A stretch of 64,000 nucleotides of DNA from Marsupella aquatica (lineage: Eukaryota > Plantae > Marchantiophyta), in the NCBI GenBank assembly GCA_973895155.1, contig OZ316897.1, positions 14,197,375 through 14,261,374 on the forward strand. Direction: 5' to 3'. The position numbers and the translations under genes are program-made. Of the stretch, positions 36,602 through 49,955 are shown piece by piece (positions within the stretch are counted from its first letter, which is position 1; every line of letters begins with the position of its first letter). The notes beneath the pieces are model-generated. The model worked only from the letters and a program-made list of their open reading frames with translations. It made no database searches and had not been told where the DNA came from.

Positions 36602-38720
36602 TTTTCCAAAATGCCCCAACAAATTGAAAGAGGCAAATTGCAAGAGAAAAATTGCAAAGTCTTATGTAACAGGACATTACGATAGTCATACGGACCATAG
36701 AATGATATATCAGTACAGTATTGCTATCCTTCATGGCTACTAGTCTGAATCTTATTGTTGTTTGCGATTTTTAGCTTTTTAAATTTTGGTATTATTTAGA
36801 GAAGCATGTGACCCTCCTATGCTGTTTACTCCAAAGCTATATGACGCATTTCAATATGCCCCCATAAGGATGTTCTCTTTTGGACTCTTTTGTGCTATAC
36901 AGTGTTAGTAGGTTCTTTGGTTTATTATTCATTGGTTTTTGGGGGACATTTTGGCCTGTTTGACCCCTTTGGTCTTCTGGAGGCCCTTGCTTTGCCTTTG
37001 GGACCATGTCTCCGGGTTTGGCATTTTAATTTTCTGGCAGTTTGATATATATGTATAATGGATAATCCAGATTTGATACTTATCCACCACTTCTACTAAA
37101 TCCAATATTTTTGAGAGTTCTGGATTTGCATTTTTAGGTTTACACTTGCTTTTATTTTTTCTGGTTAGTTGTTTGTCCTCTTTGGGACTCTTTCTCTTTC
37201 CTTTCATTGTACTTTGTTTTTCTCTGATTTATAAATTCTGATGGACTTTTCCTGTCATTTCTTTTCTGCAATACACACCTTGCTTTGAGGAGGGAATTAG
37301 GCGTATGTAACTCTAAGTATACAGTTTTAACCACACAAAACAAAAAAAGGCTTAAAATACTGAATCCTTGGTTTTTATAGTCTCTTCACACACTATCTCA
37401 TGACGTTAACTTCTAAGAGTTTTTTTTTTTTTTTGTATCTTTCCAAAAACTCACTTAAGTTTTTATGCAAGTTTTTACATAAGCTAAAGCTCTGCTTAAC
37501 AGGCATGGTGGGCCCCCTCAAACCTGGGCTAAAGTCCTCATTTGGGAATTATATCCCATGATGTCCTCTAACAAAGACTTACCCAATTCTAAAAATGATT
37601 GTGGTAGAAACAAATCAAAAGGTTTCATGGGTAAAGATGGGTAAAGATGGGTAAAGATCGATGTGTGAACAATCATGATCCTATGATAGCTTCTTCTTCT
37701 TGAACGGAAATTCATGCATAGATTTCTCCATGCTAAACCTCTTTCTCAAAACTCTTTTGATTTTTAGACACCAAGACTAGCCAGAACAGCCATGTATATT
37801 CAGAGGAACGGCCCCCTTACACTGACTCCCATGTTTGTTCATATTCACAAGCATAATCTTGATATGAAAAACAATCGTTACCAGATAAATTACAGTCTAT
37901 GGCTTTACTGTATGGAGTAGGTCATGAAACGCTAGACTTCCATTACAAATTATAGTTTAGACTATCCAACCTTTCATATACATAAGAACTGTTCCATGTA
38001 CCCTTTTTTCCATCACCCAGGTCACAATTGTGGGAAGCAATGCTGATGGAAACGGGAGAAATCCCACATACAATGTAATTGATGGTAAATTTTCCAATGA
38101 TTAAGTTGCATGTTTAATCAAGAAGGCAACCATCAAGCTCGTAGGAATACCTTCACTCAATCTAACTGGGGTAAGTTTGAAACCTAAACCTAGCTTGGGT
38201 AAGTCTCATCCCATGAGAAGACATAATTCAAGCAAGAGGGATGAGAAGGCACCAGTAAACCCCTCCTCTGTTTTTTTCCTTTGTAGTTTTATGGGAGTCC
38301 CCAACCGGGTCCCCAACATAATCCCCTAGCCGCCTGGCCAGAGGGTGATATTCCCCAACCAGCCTATATGACTCTCAACACTTTATGTGAAAACAGAGAG
38401 TTGTGGTTATGCTGGCTACCCATGGTCTGTTCAGGGTTTGTAGGTTGTAACTCTATTGGATTCACCAACCCATGGCCTGTTTTGGGTTTGTGGTCTAGAA
38501 ACCCCTTTGGCTCACCACCCTCACCCTCCAGGATTACACTGGTCATTGCAATTGCACATCAAAAAGAACAATTGATTTCCACCACAAATTACTCATACCA
38601 CGAGAAATTTTTCATATGAGTAATTTGTTCACCTTGTGAACACATGCCATGTAGCACAATACACCATTGTTTTTTTATGTGCTACTGCCTTCCCCGGAAC
38701 ACACCATCCCTATTCTCACT

Positions 38721-39330
38721 GTGCCTGGGCGTTGTGTTCAAAAATGGGGAAAAAGTGGTCTCCTGACTAAAGAGATGTTTTCCTTTGAACACAACGCCAT
38801 GTTATACAATGCCTAGGCACTGTGTTTGAGTTTGATGTTGTGTTCGAGTTGCCAAAAATCTCTTGATAACATTAACCACAAAATTTGTACTGACACTAAT
38901 TCCTCTTGGCAAATCTATCCCCAGCTGGCCTAAAGTGAACTTCAAGATTTTTTGTCGGTTCAAGTGTTGCTGAATGTGCGAGTAGTTGGCATCTGATGAG
39001 GAGCTCGCGTGATCTAGGATACACATGAGGCATTTGTTATTCTCTTCACCTCAGCAAATCAAAAGTGAATCTACAAGAACAGAGATAAAGGTCCTAAGTT
39101 ATGTAGATCATAGGATGGAGACAAGTTGGCAATTCTATGACCCGAGCTTAGTCTGTTGTTGGCGCCCAGCACATCTATGAAAAAATTTCATTGTAATATT
39201 CAATTATAGAAGCTTTTGATGTGAGTCCATCTACTGGTTTAAACTTGAGCGGCCTCAGGCCAATATTCGAACACAATGCTGCAAGTAAGAAATTTTCAAA
39301 ACAGAGAATCAAAACTCGGACACAACGCCC
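38721..39330. mobile_element. Non-autonomous DNA-transposon-like segment with the motif GGCGTTGTGTTCRA repeated in both orientations
   Basis: Perfect 15-bp inverted repeat ggcgttgtgttcaaa (38728-38742) / tttgaacacaacgcc (38784-38798). Further motif copies at ~38836 (+), ~39268 (-) and ~39315 (-). Confidence 0.5.
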
Positions 39331-40026
39331 ACGGTGTACACATTTTCAGACTTTGCACTTATAGATACTGAAGACGATGATGTCTTGTCACTAGAGTGTT
39401 GACCTTCAATTTGCAGTAATGCTAAGTGGGGAAGAAGCCACGTACGTGCACTTACAGTACATGCTAAGTACACATTTCAGACTTTGCACATATCGATGAG
39501 GGATGAGGAAGACCATGATTGGTCTTGTTGATAGAGTGTTGGATCTGCAATCAGTCTTCTTTGCAGTATTAATCATGCCTTTAAAAAAGGATCGGCAATG
39601 ATACTGGGGCTAGATTAAGAAACGCTCCCTGTCATTTGCCACCATTGAATCCACGGTGGGGGAGAGTTCCCCAGAAAGTACTCTAAAATTTCCAATAAGT
39701 ACTGTACAATTGACTATTGGGACTCTAAATGCCTTCCCGTACTGCACAAAGTTCCTGCGCTCCTTGGCAAACTAAAATATAAAATAAAAGAAACAAAATG
39801 GCTGCACATATACCCTTAAAGAGGGTTTTCACTTAAATATTTGTGGTTTAGTGGGGCCCTCTTGCACTTAGAAAAGTGCAAATGATCCAGAAATGAAAGG
39901 GAGGAACCAGATACCTTGCAAGTAGGCAATGTCTACACATATATATATAGTGCCTATGTACTTACAAAGAGCGTAATGTTGATGGAAGTGAACCACAATT
40001 GAACTCATGAAAGTACAGACCATACT

Positions 40027-40122
40027 GGGCTTGTAGCTCAGGTGGTAGAGCACTAACATGTACACAGGATGTCCTAGTTCAATTCCTAGCTAGAGAGAAT
40101 AGTAAACCATCCCTATTCTCAC
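40027..40122 (+). pseudogene. tRNA-derived SINE head or tRNA pseudogene
   Basis: GGGCTTGTAGCTCAGGTGGTAGAGCAC (A-box/D-arm) and GTTCAATTCC (B-box), but no anticodon or acceptor stem. Followed by the hairpin gagaatag/ctattctc. Confidence 0.65.
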
Positions 40123-41795
40123 AATTGGTTGTTGCTGATGTGAGATCATGTGTTTTTCGCAAACAACAGATTCTAGCTAATCATGATAAACCATCCATTA
40201 CCAAAACACTCATCAATCCATGTCTCCATGATTTGTTTTTGTTCAACAGTAAAAATGAGCTCAACCCTTTGCTGCCTTGAATTCAACTAACTTGGCAAAC
40301 AACAAAGCGTCTCAAAGGATGCAAGCTCAATTGCTCATCAAGGCACAAAAGCATCATATCGACATAGAGAACACAGAAAGTTGAGGGTCAATTTGCCATT
40401 TGCCATGGACGCTCCTGTCATCTTCAAGATAGTATTGTAAGAAGCAACAGGCCCGCCATAATGTTCATGTCCGATTATTGTCTGCCATTGTCTCTCTTTG
40501 ATCGTGATTGTTTTAGGCAAAACTTTTTTAAAACCTCTTTGTAGCATTTTCAACACACTTCACCTGGTAGCAAACTATGTGCAAAAGTTTACAGAAGGGA
40601 ACACTCTCAAAACCCTTGCCCACCTTTGCCCGGGGGAGTGGAGCATCCAACCAGGAGGGGCCAGAGCAGGTTGGTGAAGGAGCAAAGTAAGAGACCTAAC
40701 CCAATGTCGAGGTTGGAAAGGTGTTGCTGTCGCGGAAGAGGACCATCTGATAGTGAAACGTGGTTGGATGTTTGCCGTCAAATTGTTTCAAGATAACTAG
40801 AGTTAATTTACTTGACCAGTAGTGGAAAAGATGATGACAAAGTAATTGAACTAAAAAGGTGGCAAGGCCCTATTTGGACAAAGAAGAGTGGAAATGCAGT
40901 GAATCTTCACTATGTGGGATATTATGATAGAGTTAGATTAAATGTCATTGAGATTGGGGGAGTGATACTTTCTTAGTGTAAAGAATTTGGAGATGCTAGA
41001 ACTAATACTAATAAAGTATGAGCAGGATATGGAACTTGCAATGATTCCTCCATCCCCACTTTCACACAAGGAAACTCTCTTAACTTATGTAAGAGATAGC
41101 ATTTGCACCCTACAAGCAACCGGACAAGAACCACACAAACAAAAGTATAAAACTATAAAACTGGGCTTTTCTTTCCTGCAAGCCAACTGCTTAGCCTGCT
41201 TTAGACAATTTCCCCTTAACCACAAGTTTCCCTAGTATGAAATACCCTGGGTAACTGGTAAAACTCATTTCATACACAATACAATAGTGTATACAAAAAA
41301 TCCCATCTTAAAATTTGGGGATTTTTTAGTATCATAAAATTTGGGGATGTTTTAGTATCAGTGTCAGCCATCTGATTAGTTCACCATATCGGGTGCTCTG
41401 CAGCTCAAAATGTAGATCTTACTGAGATTCCCATTCCACATCTAATAATAGTTCATATCCTTGACAAATGGCACCAAAAATATTAGTAGTGTAAGTGGGT
41501 CCTTGGATGGGAAGTGAGTGAGGGTAGGTCTACTGGTCACCAAAAGCAAATGAAATGTGCATGGCCGGTTAGAGAGAGGGCCCCTTTTATTGTGGCATCT
41601 GTTGTTTGAAACATACCACAGAAACGCATGCTCTTTTATGGTGGTGAATTGCTTTCTGACATGCAAACTCTTCCTCATGGTTCCCATGGAAGATATTCTA
41701 AAAGGGTTACTGCAAGTGAGCAATTTTACATCTTTTGCAAGCATTGGGGATTCAGCATAAGGTTTTTGTGGTCTAGAATAACTTACACTAGTGAA

Positions 41796-41947
41796 CTCCT
41801 ATATAGCACGTGGAGAATTGCTTTTGCATTTTGTATTGGAACATTTGGCTCCTATATAGCACGTGGAGAATTGTTTATGGAACACCTGACTCCTATATCT
41901 AGCACGTGGAGAACTGTTTTTGCATTTTGTATTGGAACATTTGGCTT
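41796..41947. repeat. Three tandem units, each carrying TATA and a G-box (ctcctatatagcacgtggagaa)
   Basis: Units at ~41796, ~41849 and ~41890. Confidence 0.85.
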
Positions 41948-44900
41948 AGAGTTGGTCCCAAAGAGAACTGGTCCACATTATGACAGGCAGTACGTTTCTG
42001 GCCCAATTGGGCATCGGCAAGGAGTGTCTCAGCTTGTTGCTTCTATTAAGGTTAATGCCTCATTCACCCACCTACCTTGTCATTACCCTAAAGGGTTGTT
42101 GTTTTTCTTGACGTAATTGTTGCTTTAAAAAATGCAAGGGCCAGACTGCTTAGGATATTTGTTTTTGTTTGTTCCTTTTGCTTTAGATTTTTATGCATTG
42201 TTGGTAGATCTGCATGAAGCACTCCATTTACCTTGCCCTGTGTAAGCTTTCCCAATTATTTTTGTGGGTCTTGTTGAAATGGCATGGAGCACAAAGAGTG
42301 ACCCAACTTCTTAGTCTCATGATGGCTCCTGATGCTATAAGTCCACTCTAAGCAAAGAAAGTTGAGACTGCTGGAGAAGGCAGTTCGACCAAGGATCATG
42401 GAATTTGATGCATGAGCAAGTTTGTACGCTAGACTTCTTGTGAGTAAATTGTTGGCCAATTTTCAATTTTTGAGGTTATTAGATCTCACACATGCAGAAT
42501 CACCAAACTACTATGTGAACAAGAGCTCAAACTATTGGAAAGATAGAAATATCTGAAAGCTAAATTTTGATAGCGGGAGTGACTAGTTCCTAGATGAGAC
42601 AACCCTTTTATCCTCCTTGCATAGTTCCTTGTAAGTTTCTGTTATCTATACTATGTTGAGCAAAACATTTGCTACTCGTAGACAACATGCAATGTGCAAC
42701 ACCAACACTTACATAAGAGTGGACGCAAGATATGTGATTCACATCTCCAGATGCTACGACTATGAGAACACACAATAGGGCTTTACTAGTAAACTCTAAG
42801 CTTATCAGTTATATTGAGTCTTCTTAGATTGCGCTCTCCCTATCTCAATTAATTAGTTTCATAACAATGAGCCTAATTTCCATTCACTAGATAAGTCCTG
42901 CTAGTAAATGTAGTTGTATCACATCTATACTTAACAAAGTACCTGACTAATTGTGATTACATAGTAAATCTAGACCCAAGTACTAAAAGCCTAACACACT
43001 ATAATTTGCAATCAAAGTCTACATTTTTTGGCTTGCTCCATAGGAGTCACTGTGCATATGCATGAGTAGTCAGGATAGCGTTTCATGTTGATGACTTACT
43101 TTTGAGAATATTTTTCTTACATATGTTGTATAACATTATTAGGGTGGCTTTACAAGATGTTGGGGACAGTTTCCAATTTTTTTTGGTCTCCAATATTTGA
43201 TCAGAGCCCATCCATTTGGGATCGAGACACTGCTGCTGTTCACTTTACAAAATGTTGGGGGCACTTTCAACCCAACCTGTTACCAATCCTACATCGAATG
43301 TAGTGGGGCCCAATTTTTGCTTATGTGGAGCACTCTTTTGTCCTAGATTTTAGACCACCTCTCTTGGAGGTTGCTTCTTCTGGCCTCTTGGTCCGTTTCT
43401 ATGTTAAGTCATTTGCATTAAGAAGGGACCCACAGTCCTTCATAAGATCTTCTCTTCTCCCATCTAGAAAGACTTAGCTAAAGATTAGGTGACATTATTT
43501 CAGGTGGAGTGGGTCCTCAATCTCTCTTTTAGTAAATTAATCTGGCAGCACTGGCTCCACTGGTTGCACTTGGCTTTACAAGACCTTGGGGGGCAATAAA
43601 AGGATTCAAAAACTGTTTTTAGCCCTGGGACACTATATTTAGTGTGTGCAATGGTCCTCCGGGTTGCTTTGGTGAAAAATACTCCCAAGTGCCCCTGAAG
43701 TCTTGTAAGGTCCTCCTAGATGAGTGAAATTTGGGAATGTGTATCAAAAGTATTTAGGATTGCCCATGACTTAAACCTCCACTAGCCATATGAAAGGGGG
43801 AATTGTCCAAGACTTCTCCCTTTTCCACTTTCCTCTCATTATTTCTTCTCCTCTCCTGTTCCATATTGCTCCACAAATTCAAGAAAAGATACTATTTATG
43901 GTGAAACCTGGTGTGACCAGGTTTTTGTCATGGCTAGTGTGGTTTAAACACAACTCCCCCCACTTGCCAAAGGCGCATGACTGGTCATACCCCTGTACCA
44001 CAAACACTGGTTCTGAGCTAGTACACAAAATTAGTTCAAGGACCCCTTGGTTATGTAAGCTTGTTTTATTGAACTATTTGGACCCATGAAGAGTTTGCAC
44101 ATGGGAATAGATAGATGAGAGGACAAAGATTAAATCAAGGATTCTAAATGAAGTGAATTTTAAAGGTAATTATGACAATTTCATTGAGACCAATAGGAGC
44201 ACATTCATGGAAATACCAAGGGTAATACTCCATGCAAAACGTTCCCTTTGTACCCTTGTGTCTATACAATACATGTAATATTCCATATACTTCATGCAAA
44301 ATATTATTTTGTCATAGTAGTTGAAAGGTCTTAGAGTCCCTTGGTATTCCTCTACCCATATTAGTTATGGTGTTTCTTACCTTTGATTGTTACTACTCTA
44401 TCCATAGTAGGCAAAGGGTTTGTTAAATTACCTTAGTAAATGTTAGAGAAGTTGAAAAGTTTCTTGGGTTTTTTATGTTACCTTTGTAAATGTTAGAGTA
44501 GTTGGAGAGTTGCTTCCGACTTATCATTATTTCAAAATGTTTAAACTAATAAAAAATTGAAATAGATTACCAGAAAACACTGATATATCAATCACAACTC
44601 ATCTAAAGATGATTTTCTTTCACCCTATTTTACCTTTCTCTTTGTTTATTTGAAATGTTACTTTTGAATTTTCTATTGTTTTTACAGTTACAGGCTCCAT
44701 TTCTTTTTCTTTGCCTTGCCTCAAACACAAATAGTCCAATTTGGTTCTTCTTGCATAACTAAGGTTCCTGTTTGTGACAAATCCTACTGATGTGGCTGCA
44801 TGTGCATCCAAAATATTTGGAAGGAACTTCCCATGGGGGTCCGTACATAAACAGTGAGCAACTTAACCAAAAGAATCAAAAGCTCAAAGAGCAAAAGAAT

Positions 44901-46335
44901 CTGACTTTGATTAGCTGTATTGTGATTGTTTGTTTGTATTGAGTGAGGGCAAGAAAGGTGAATCACTCTAGGTTGGTGTTTAAGCATAGTCTAATTGCGG
45001 TCCAATAAGTGAGAAGGAGTGCTTTTGCCTTCTGATAGATACCAGATTTAACCCTTTCCACATAATAATGTTATTCACAAGCATGATGGTGGTTTCTACA
45101 AACCATCCAACCTATTTTTTTAAAGGGAAACCTCAAATTGTGCATGTGACTTGAGAGGCAAAAATGAATCTGCCACGATGAAATGCAACTCATGCATAAG
45201 AATCGGAGACCATTGAAACACCTGGATGTTTCCAGTTTCTAATATATATTTGAATTTTTAATGAAATGCTGCCAGATACACGCATCCAAAGTTATCCATT
45301 CGTTGTACTAAGGGCCCTTCCCCACAGGAGGGTCCCACATGATTTTCTCAAACACTCTTCACATGGCATGGTTCTATATACATTCCAAAATGGTCGATCT
45401 ATTGAAAATCAGTGGCAATAACATGAATTAATCCGTGGACCCCCAAGTTCATTGAAGGAATATGTGTGTGATGAAGTGAAATTGTTTTATTGGAGCAAAT
45501 GAAACAAAGTGGTAAATGTTTTATTTATGCAAATAGTTTTGTGATATTATATCTGATCTACCTAACAATGTCTATTTTCCCTCTAGGTGGCATTGTACTT
45601 GTGCTTCAAAGAACCACCCACTGTCGATGTCTCATCCCTGTTTGGAGCGGGGACGTCGGTGATGAGGCCTTCCTCCCTACTCCTCTGCAAACGATCGATC
45701 AACGTCTGTGCATGCTCTTTGGTCAAGCTGACCAGCATGTCGATTGGCATCTTGAAGTCGTGCCTCAGCCTTGTCACCTGGGTCAGGTATGCTCCCTTTG
45801 TATGTTGGATGTATTCATGTGTAGCTTCCTTCTTGGTCTTCATTCTTCATCGAAAGGGACTGCCATGAACCTGAGGACCTCTTTCTGCAATCCTGTGTTT
45901 CAATTTGTGGTTGAGTTAGTACGTTATTGTTCTTGAATGTTGTGAAATGGGTTTGAGTGGGATTCTTGGTCTCCGTTCTCATACCGTCTGCGTACTCAAT
46001 CTGTTTGGTCATGGGGACGTTTTCTCAGGACCGTGGTCCCCTGTAGGCAGCTCACGCATGATCAATCGCGTCGGCTTGACTGCTGTCATGGGCTGTAGTG
46101 AAACAATGACAAAGTGTTAGTTGGTGTTAGTGTCATCGTCCCCTCCTCTTCATGGATCCTCAAATTTTGCAGCTCCCGTATTCATAGTCAGAATGAGTAA
46201 ATAGTTTTGAGTATAAAATTTGATGAACTTTCAAGATTCCAGCCATTCCTCCTCCCCGATCCTGGGTTTCTATGTGCTCTTCCCAGCATTAATGACCGTA
46301 CAATACGAGAGGTCCTTACATACCAGGAGTTGCGG

Positions 46336-47690
46336 TTTAACTAGGAAGTTATCAAGTTAGTTATTAGTCATTATTTATTATATGAAAAATACTTTTTATA
46401 AATCTTTGAATTTAAGTTTTAAAATTGAAAATGTAACTAAAACGGTTACATAGTGACAGTTTTAACCTTCTTGCTCTTTGCATTTTCAATGTTTTTACTT
46501 TTCTTTTTACGGCACGACGTCCCAAAATAAACACCCAAATTGACACAAACATGAATGAAAACTATAAGTTTGATTCACAAAACCGACTAGTCTGGTTTGT
46601 TGTGGTTGTTGTTGACGTGGCAAACTGTGGTGCCATGAATTTTGGAAGGGACCTCTAGTGGGGTCCGTAACAAAAAATACCTAGTCGTAGATCTCATTGA
46701 GATCTTTCTTTTGCACCCTAGATTGCCTTCTAACATGGATGAATAAGATTTCTAGAGGCATTACAAAATGGACGGCAAAGATCGTAAAATCAACAAAATC
46801 GACGGCTAGGAAGGCTTGGATTTGTTTAATTTTTCATTTGAAAAATATAACCCATTTGCAAAACAGACAGAACCCATCCATAGATCTATTTGAGATCTTT
46901 CTTTTGAGCCATAGATTGGCCATTATGATGGACGGACGAGATCTCCGGAGATAAGAAATGGAGATGGCTCAGATCGACTCTTCCCCCTGATTTTATTAGC
47001 CAAGGGTCCACGAACTAATTTACGGTTTAGGGAGAAGTTTAAATATATGAAATACTCTCAACTCGCTGTGGAAATCCGGTCAACATTATCTGTTAAAATA
47101 AATTAGTTTGTGGACCCTTGGCTAATTGACAGCATGGTTATCACAAGCAATTGTCAAAATCAGGCCTTTTCGTTACATGCTACCAAATTCTCAAGCTACA
47201 AGAGTCAGAATTCAATCTGTGGCAAGTCCATTTGCAATTAGATGAATGTCTAATCAAATGAATTGTATCAGTTGAGTTCAAGTTCGGACCATGGCTAACA
47301 ATTTACCTTAATTGCATTGGACTAGAAATCTTACTCCAGGTGCCAATTACCCTTTAACAAGGAAGTTATCAAGTTAATTATTAGCCATTATTTATTATAT
47401 GAAATATATTTTTTATAAATCTTTAAATTTAAGTTTTAAAATTGGAAATGTAATTAAAATATTTACATAGTGACAGTTTTAACCATCTTGCTCTTTGCAT
47501 TTCTAATTATTTTACTTTCCTTTTTACGGCACGACGTCCCAAAATTTACACCCAAATTGACACAAACATGAATGAAAAGTATAAATTTGATTCACAAAAT
47601 CGACGAGTCTTGTTTATTGCGGCTGTTGTTGACATGACACGCTCTGGTGCCAGGAATTTTGGAAAGTACCTCTAATGTGGTCCGAATTAA
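46336..47690. repeat. ~340-bp diverged direct repeat pair (46336-~46670 and 47353-~47685) flanking a ~680-bp spacer
   Basis: Colinear match from 'tttaac.aggaagttatcaagtta' to 'tttggaa.g.acctcta...ggtccg'. Confidence 0.9.
46999..47122. mobile_element. ~124-bp MITE with 24-bp TIRs and a TA target-site duplication (Tc1/mariner-Stowaway-like)
   Basis: TA-GCCAAGGGTCCACGAACTAATTTA ... TAAATTAGTTTGTGGACCCTTGGC-TA, with one mismatch between the arms. Confidence 0.75.
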
Positions 47691-47853
47691 TGAAATTTGA
47701 GTTATTGATGGAAACTGGTTTGATTTTGTATAGATCTGACCCGCAGACACTAGATTATCACCTTTGGTTCAAATTTGGTCAGTTTGTTGCAAATTCTTAT
47801 CACTTGTAAAGGCTCCAATAAATTTTCAGTGCAACTTGCAAATTTGAGAGAAA

Positions 47854-48110
47854 GTTCTGTGTCGAAGACTTGTTGCCCTTGAGCATCCTTAGTACATGAA
47901 TTTCACCTATGAATAACAGGTTCTACATCAGTTTACTAAATCTGATAATTGATGGTTCTGTGTCTAAGACTTGTTGCCCTTAATCATCCACAGTACCTGC
48001 CATTTAAACTGTAAATGATAGGTTCTAAATCAGTCTACTAAATCCGATAGTTGATTGTTCTCTGTATTGTTGGGCCTTGATCATCCATAGTGCATGCTTA
48101 TTCGCACCTA
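47854..48110. repeat. ~2.5 copies of a ~101-bp tandem repeat
   Basis: gttctgtgtc.aagacttgttgccctt...aggttcta.atcagt.tactaaatc.gata.ttgat at 47854 and 47955, partial copy at 48057. Confidence 0.85.
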
Positions 48111-48221
48111 TTGTAGTATTTGCTAGTGTTAGTTGCTGGAAGTAGCCTTGTTCTCACCTTTGTCGGCTACTGGAGGTTCCACAAACGTGTCAACACCCTG
48201 TGGCAGAAAATTCCCATTCGC

Positions 48222-48307
48222 AAGTCCAGTAACTATCGTCTCTACTTAGAAGGCTTGTGATCAAAAGTCCAGTAACTATCGTCCCTATTTAGAAGGATTG
48301 TGATCAA
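48222..48307. repeat. Tandem duplication, 2 x 43 bp
   Basis: aagtccagtaactatcgtc.cta.ttagaagg.ttgtgatcaa twice. Confidence 0.9.
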
Positions 48308-48793
48308 ATGATGATTCGAAGTTGGCAACGTAGTACAAAATAGTTACTAGGTTAGTGACCAGTCTTCTTCATATTAGACATTACCCTCAAGAAATGGGGC
48401 TGCCATCAACCACTTGTATGATACAAAACTTGCTTCCTCTGTGAATCCTCTGTCCTGTCTCAAGCCTGAACCACTGCTAAACAGAACAGCTGCATGCAAG
48501 TACTTCAAAGCTGCCAGACTGAATCCGGACACATGGCAGCCTGCCTACTTCAATTGTTCACATCGGGTACTGGTACTCAGGGACGTGATAGGAACATAAC
48601 TTCGAATTCTTCCTTGATACTGTTGAGGGAGATCCTCTCTTCTATTACTTTTTGACATGGTCTCGAAGTCTTCTCCAGGGTATAAGATTAGCAACAGACG
48701 ACTCACAAAGTTCATTATCTGTGGAACATCCTCGCTTCGCAGATTGTAACTTCCTGGATTCCAACTGCAGCTTGCTCACAAGCAAACTGGTCT

Positions 48794-49955
48794 TCATTTT
48801 AGTTTTCCAGTTCCATGAGACATATTCCACATACCACGGATCTGTAAGAGATGCAAAACGCTTAGGCTGGTGTCGGAAGACAATTTCTATATTTCAACAC
48901 AAACTCCAAATTGATAAGAATACCATTTTAGGAAGGCATAATACTCCCAATTCATTATTTTGGCATTTCGTAGATAGAACATTGTTAATTAGAAATAAGT
49001 CTACAAAAGTTGGACGCAGTTGCCAAGCTGAACTATGAGAACTGTTTACTTCAGTTCATAACGTTCAAAAGGGAAGGACAACTTTCTCATGTACATCAAT
49101 AACACAATTCCCAGCTTAATTCCATTTCCAAAAATTGTAAGAAGTCTTGGTGAACACATAGCCTTAAGTATTAATGCAGTGTGTCAGATGAATTATTTCC
49201 CCATCTCATGAAGGAAAATCAGATCGATCATTCTGTAACAACATAGTTCTAGGCTCCCTCTTTCTTCCCTGTGCTGTGGTAAAGATGATTGAGACCCCGA
49301 CCCTGTCAGCATAATTTCAAAACAGATTCTTAGGAGAGCTTTTTCTTGAAAAAGTACAACAGCGGTCTTGTGATCATAAAGAAACGAAAACAACCCTCTG
49401 CTATAAAGATTAATCACCTAGACAACCTACTAAGTTAAGACGTCAAAGAAAATATAATAAACAAATGCCAGGGAAAGCTTATGGAGATGCTATGACGTCA
49501 GAAGTCCCCAGCAAAACGAACAGTAAGACCCCGTTGACAACAACTATCCTAGTTCGAAAAGGATCCAGTACCACCTCCGACTCTAACGAATGACAGCAGA
49601 CAGACGTTAGATTACACTGTATAATTAACATCACTCTCTTCAGCAGTTAAAATCGAGAAGCAGAAGCCAGTCTTCTAAAAATTCAGACTGTGCGACCTTT
49701 ACAACCTAGAACCATGACTCCAGTGAACTGAACTTGCATCCTACTCCAACACAACGCAATACGTTCGTGGAGTAGCGAGAAGATAAAGGAAAGGCTCACG
49801 ACGTTATTCGAACTTACCATCATGAGGGCTCCCAGACCAACAAGGGCAAACGGAATGACAACAGACGTGAATTTGTCACCCGGGGCTTTCAGATGTGTCA
49901 GTTTGTGGACACTTTGAAAGTATCTCTGCTTTGCCAAAATTGCTTCGTCTGCCAT
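48794..49955 (-). CDS. Cytochrome c oxidase subunit VIIa-like protein (61 aa, 2 coding exons)
   Basis: Exon 49818-49955 (MADEAILAKQRYFQSVHKLTHLKAPGDKFTSVVIPFALVGLGALMM) plus exon 48794-48841 (IRGMWNMSHGTGKLK*). Matches the plant COX7a-like pattern QxYFQSxHKxTxLK..D...RGxxNMSHG. Confidence 0.88.

Noticed and set aside
37420-37434. T15 run as the poly(A) tail of a retroposed element
   Set aside because: No TSD or identifiable LINE body was found.
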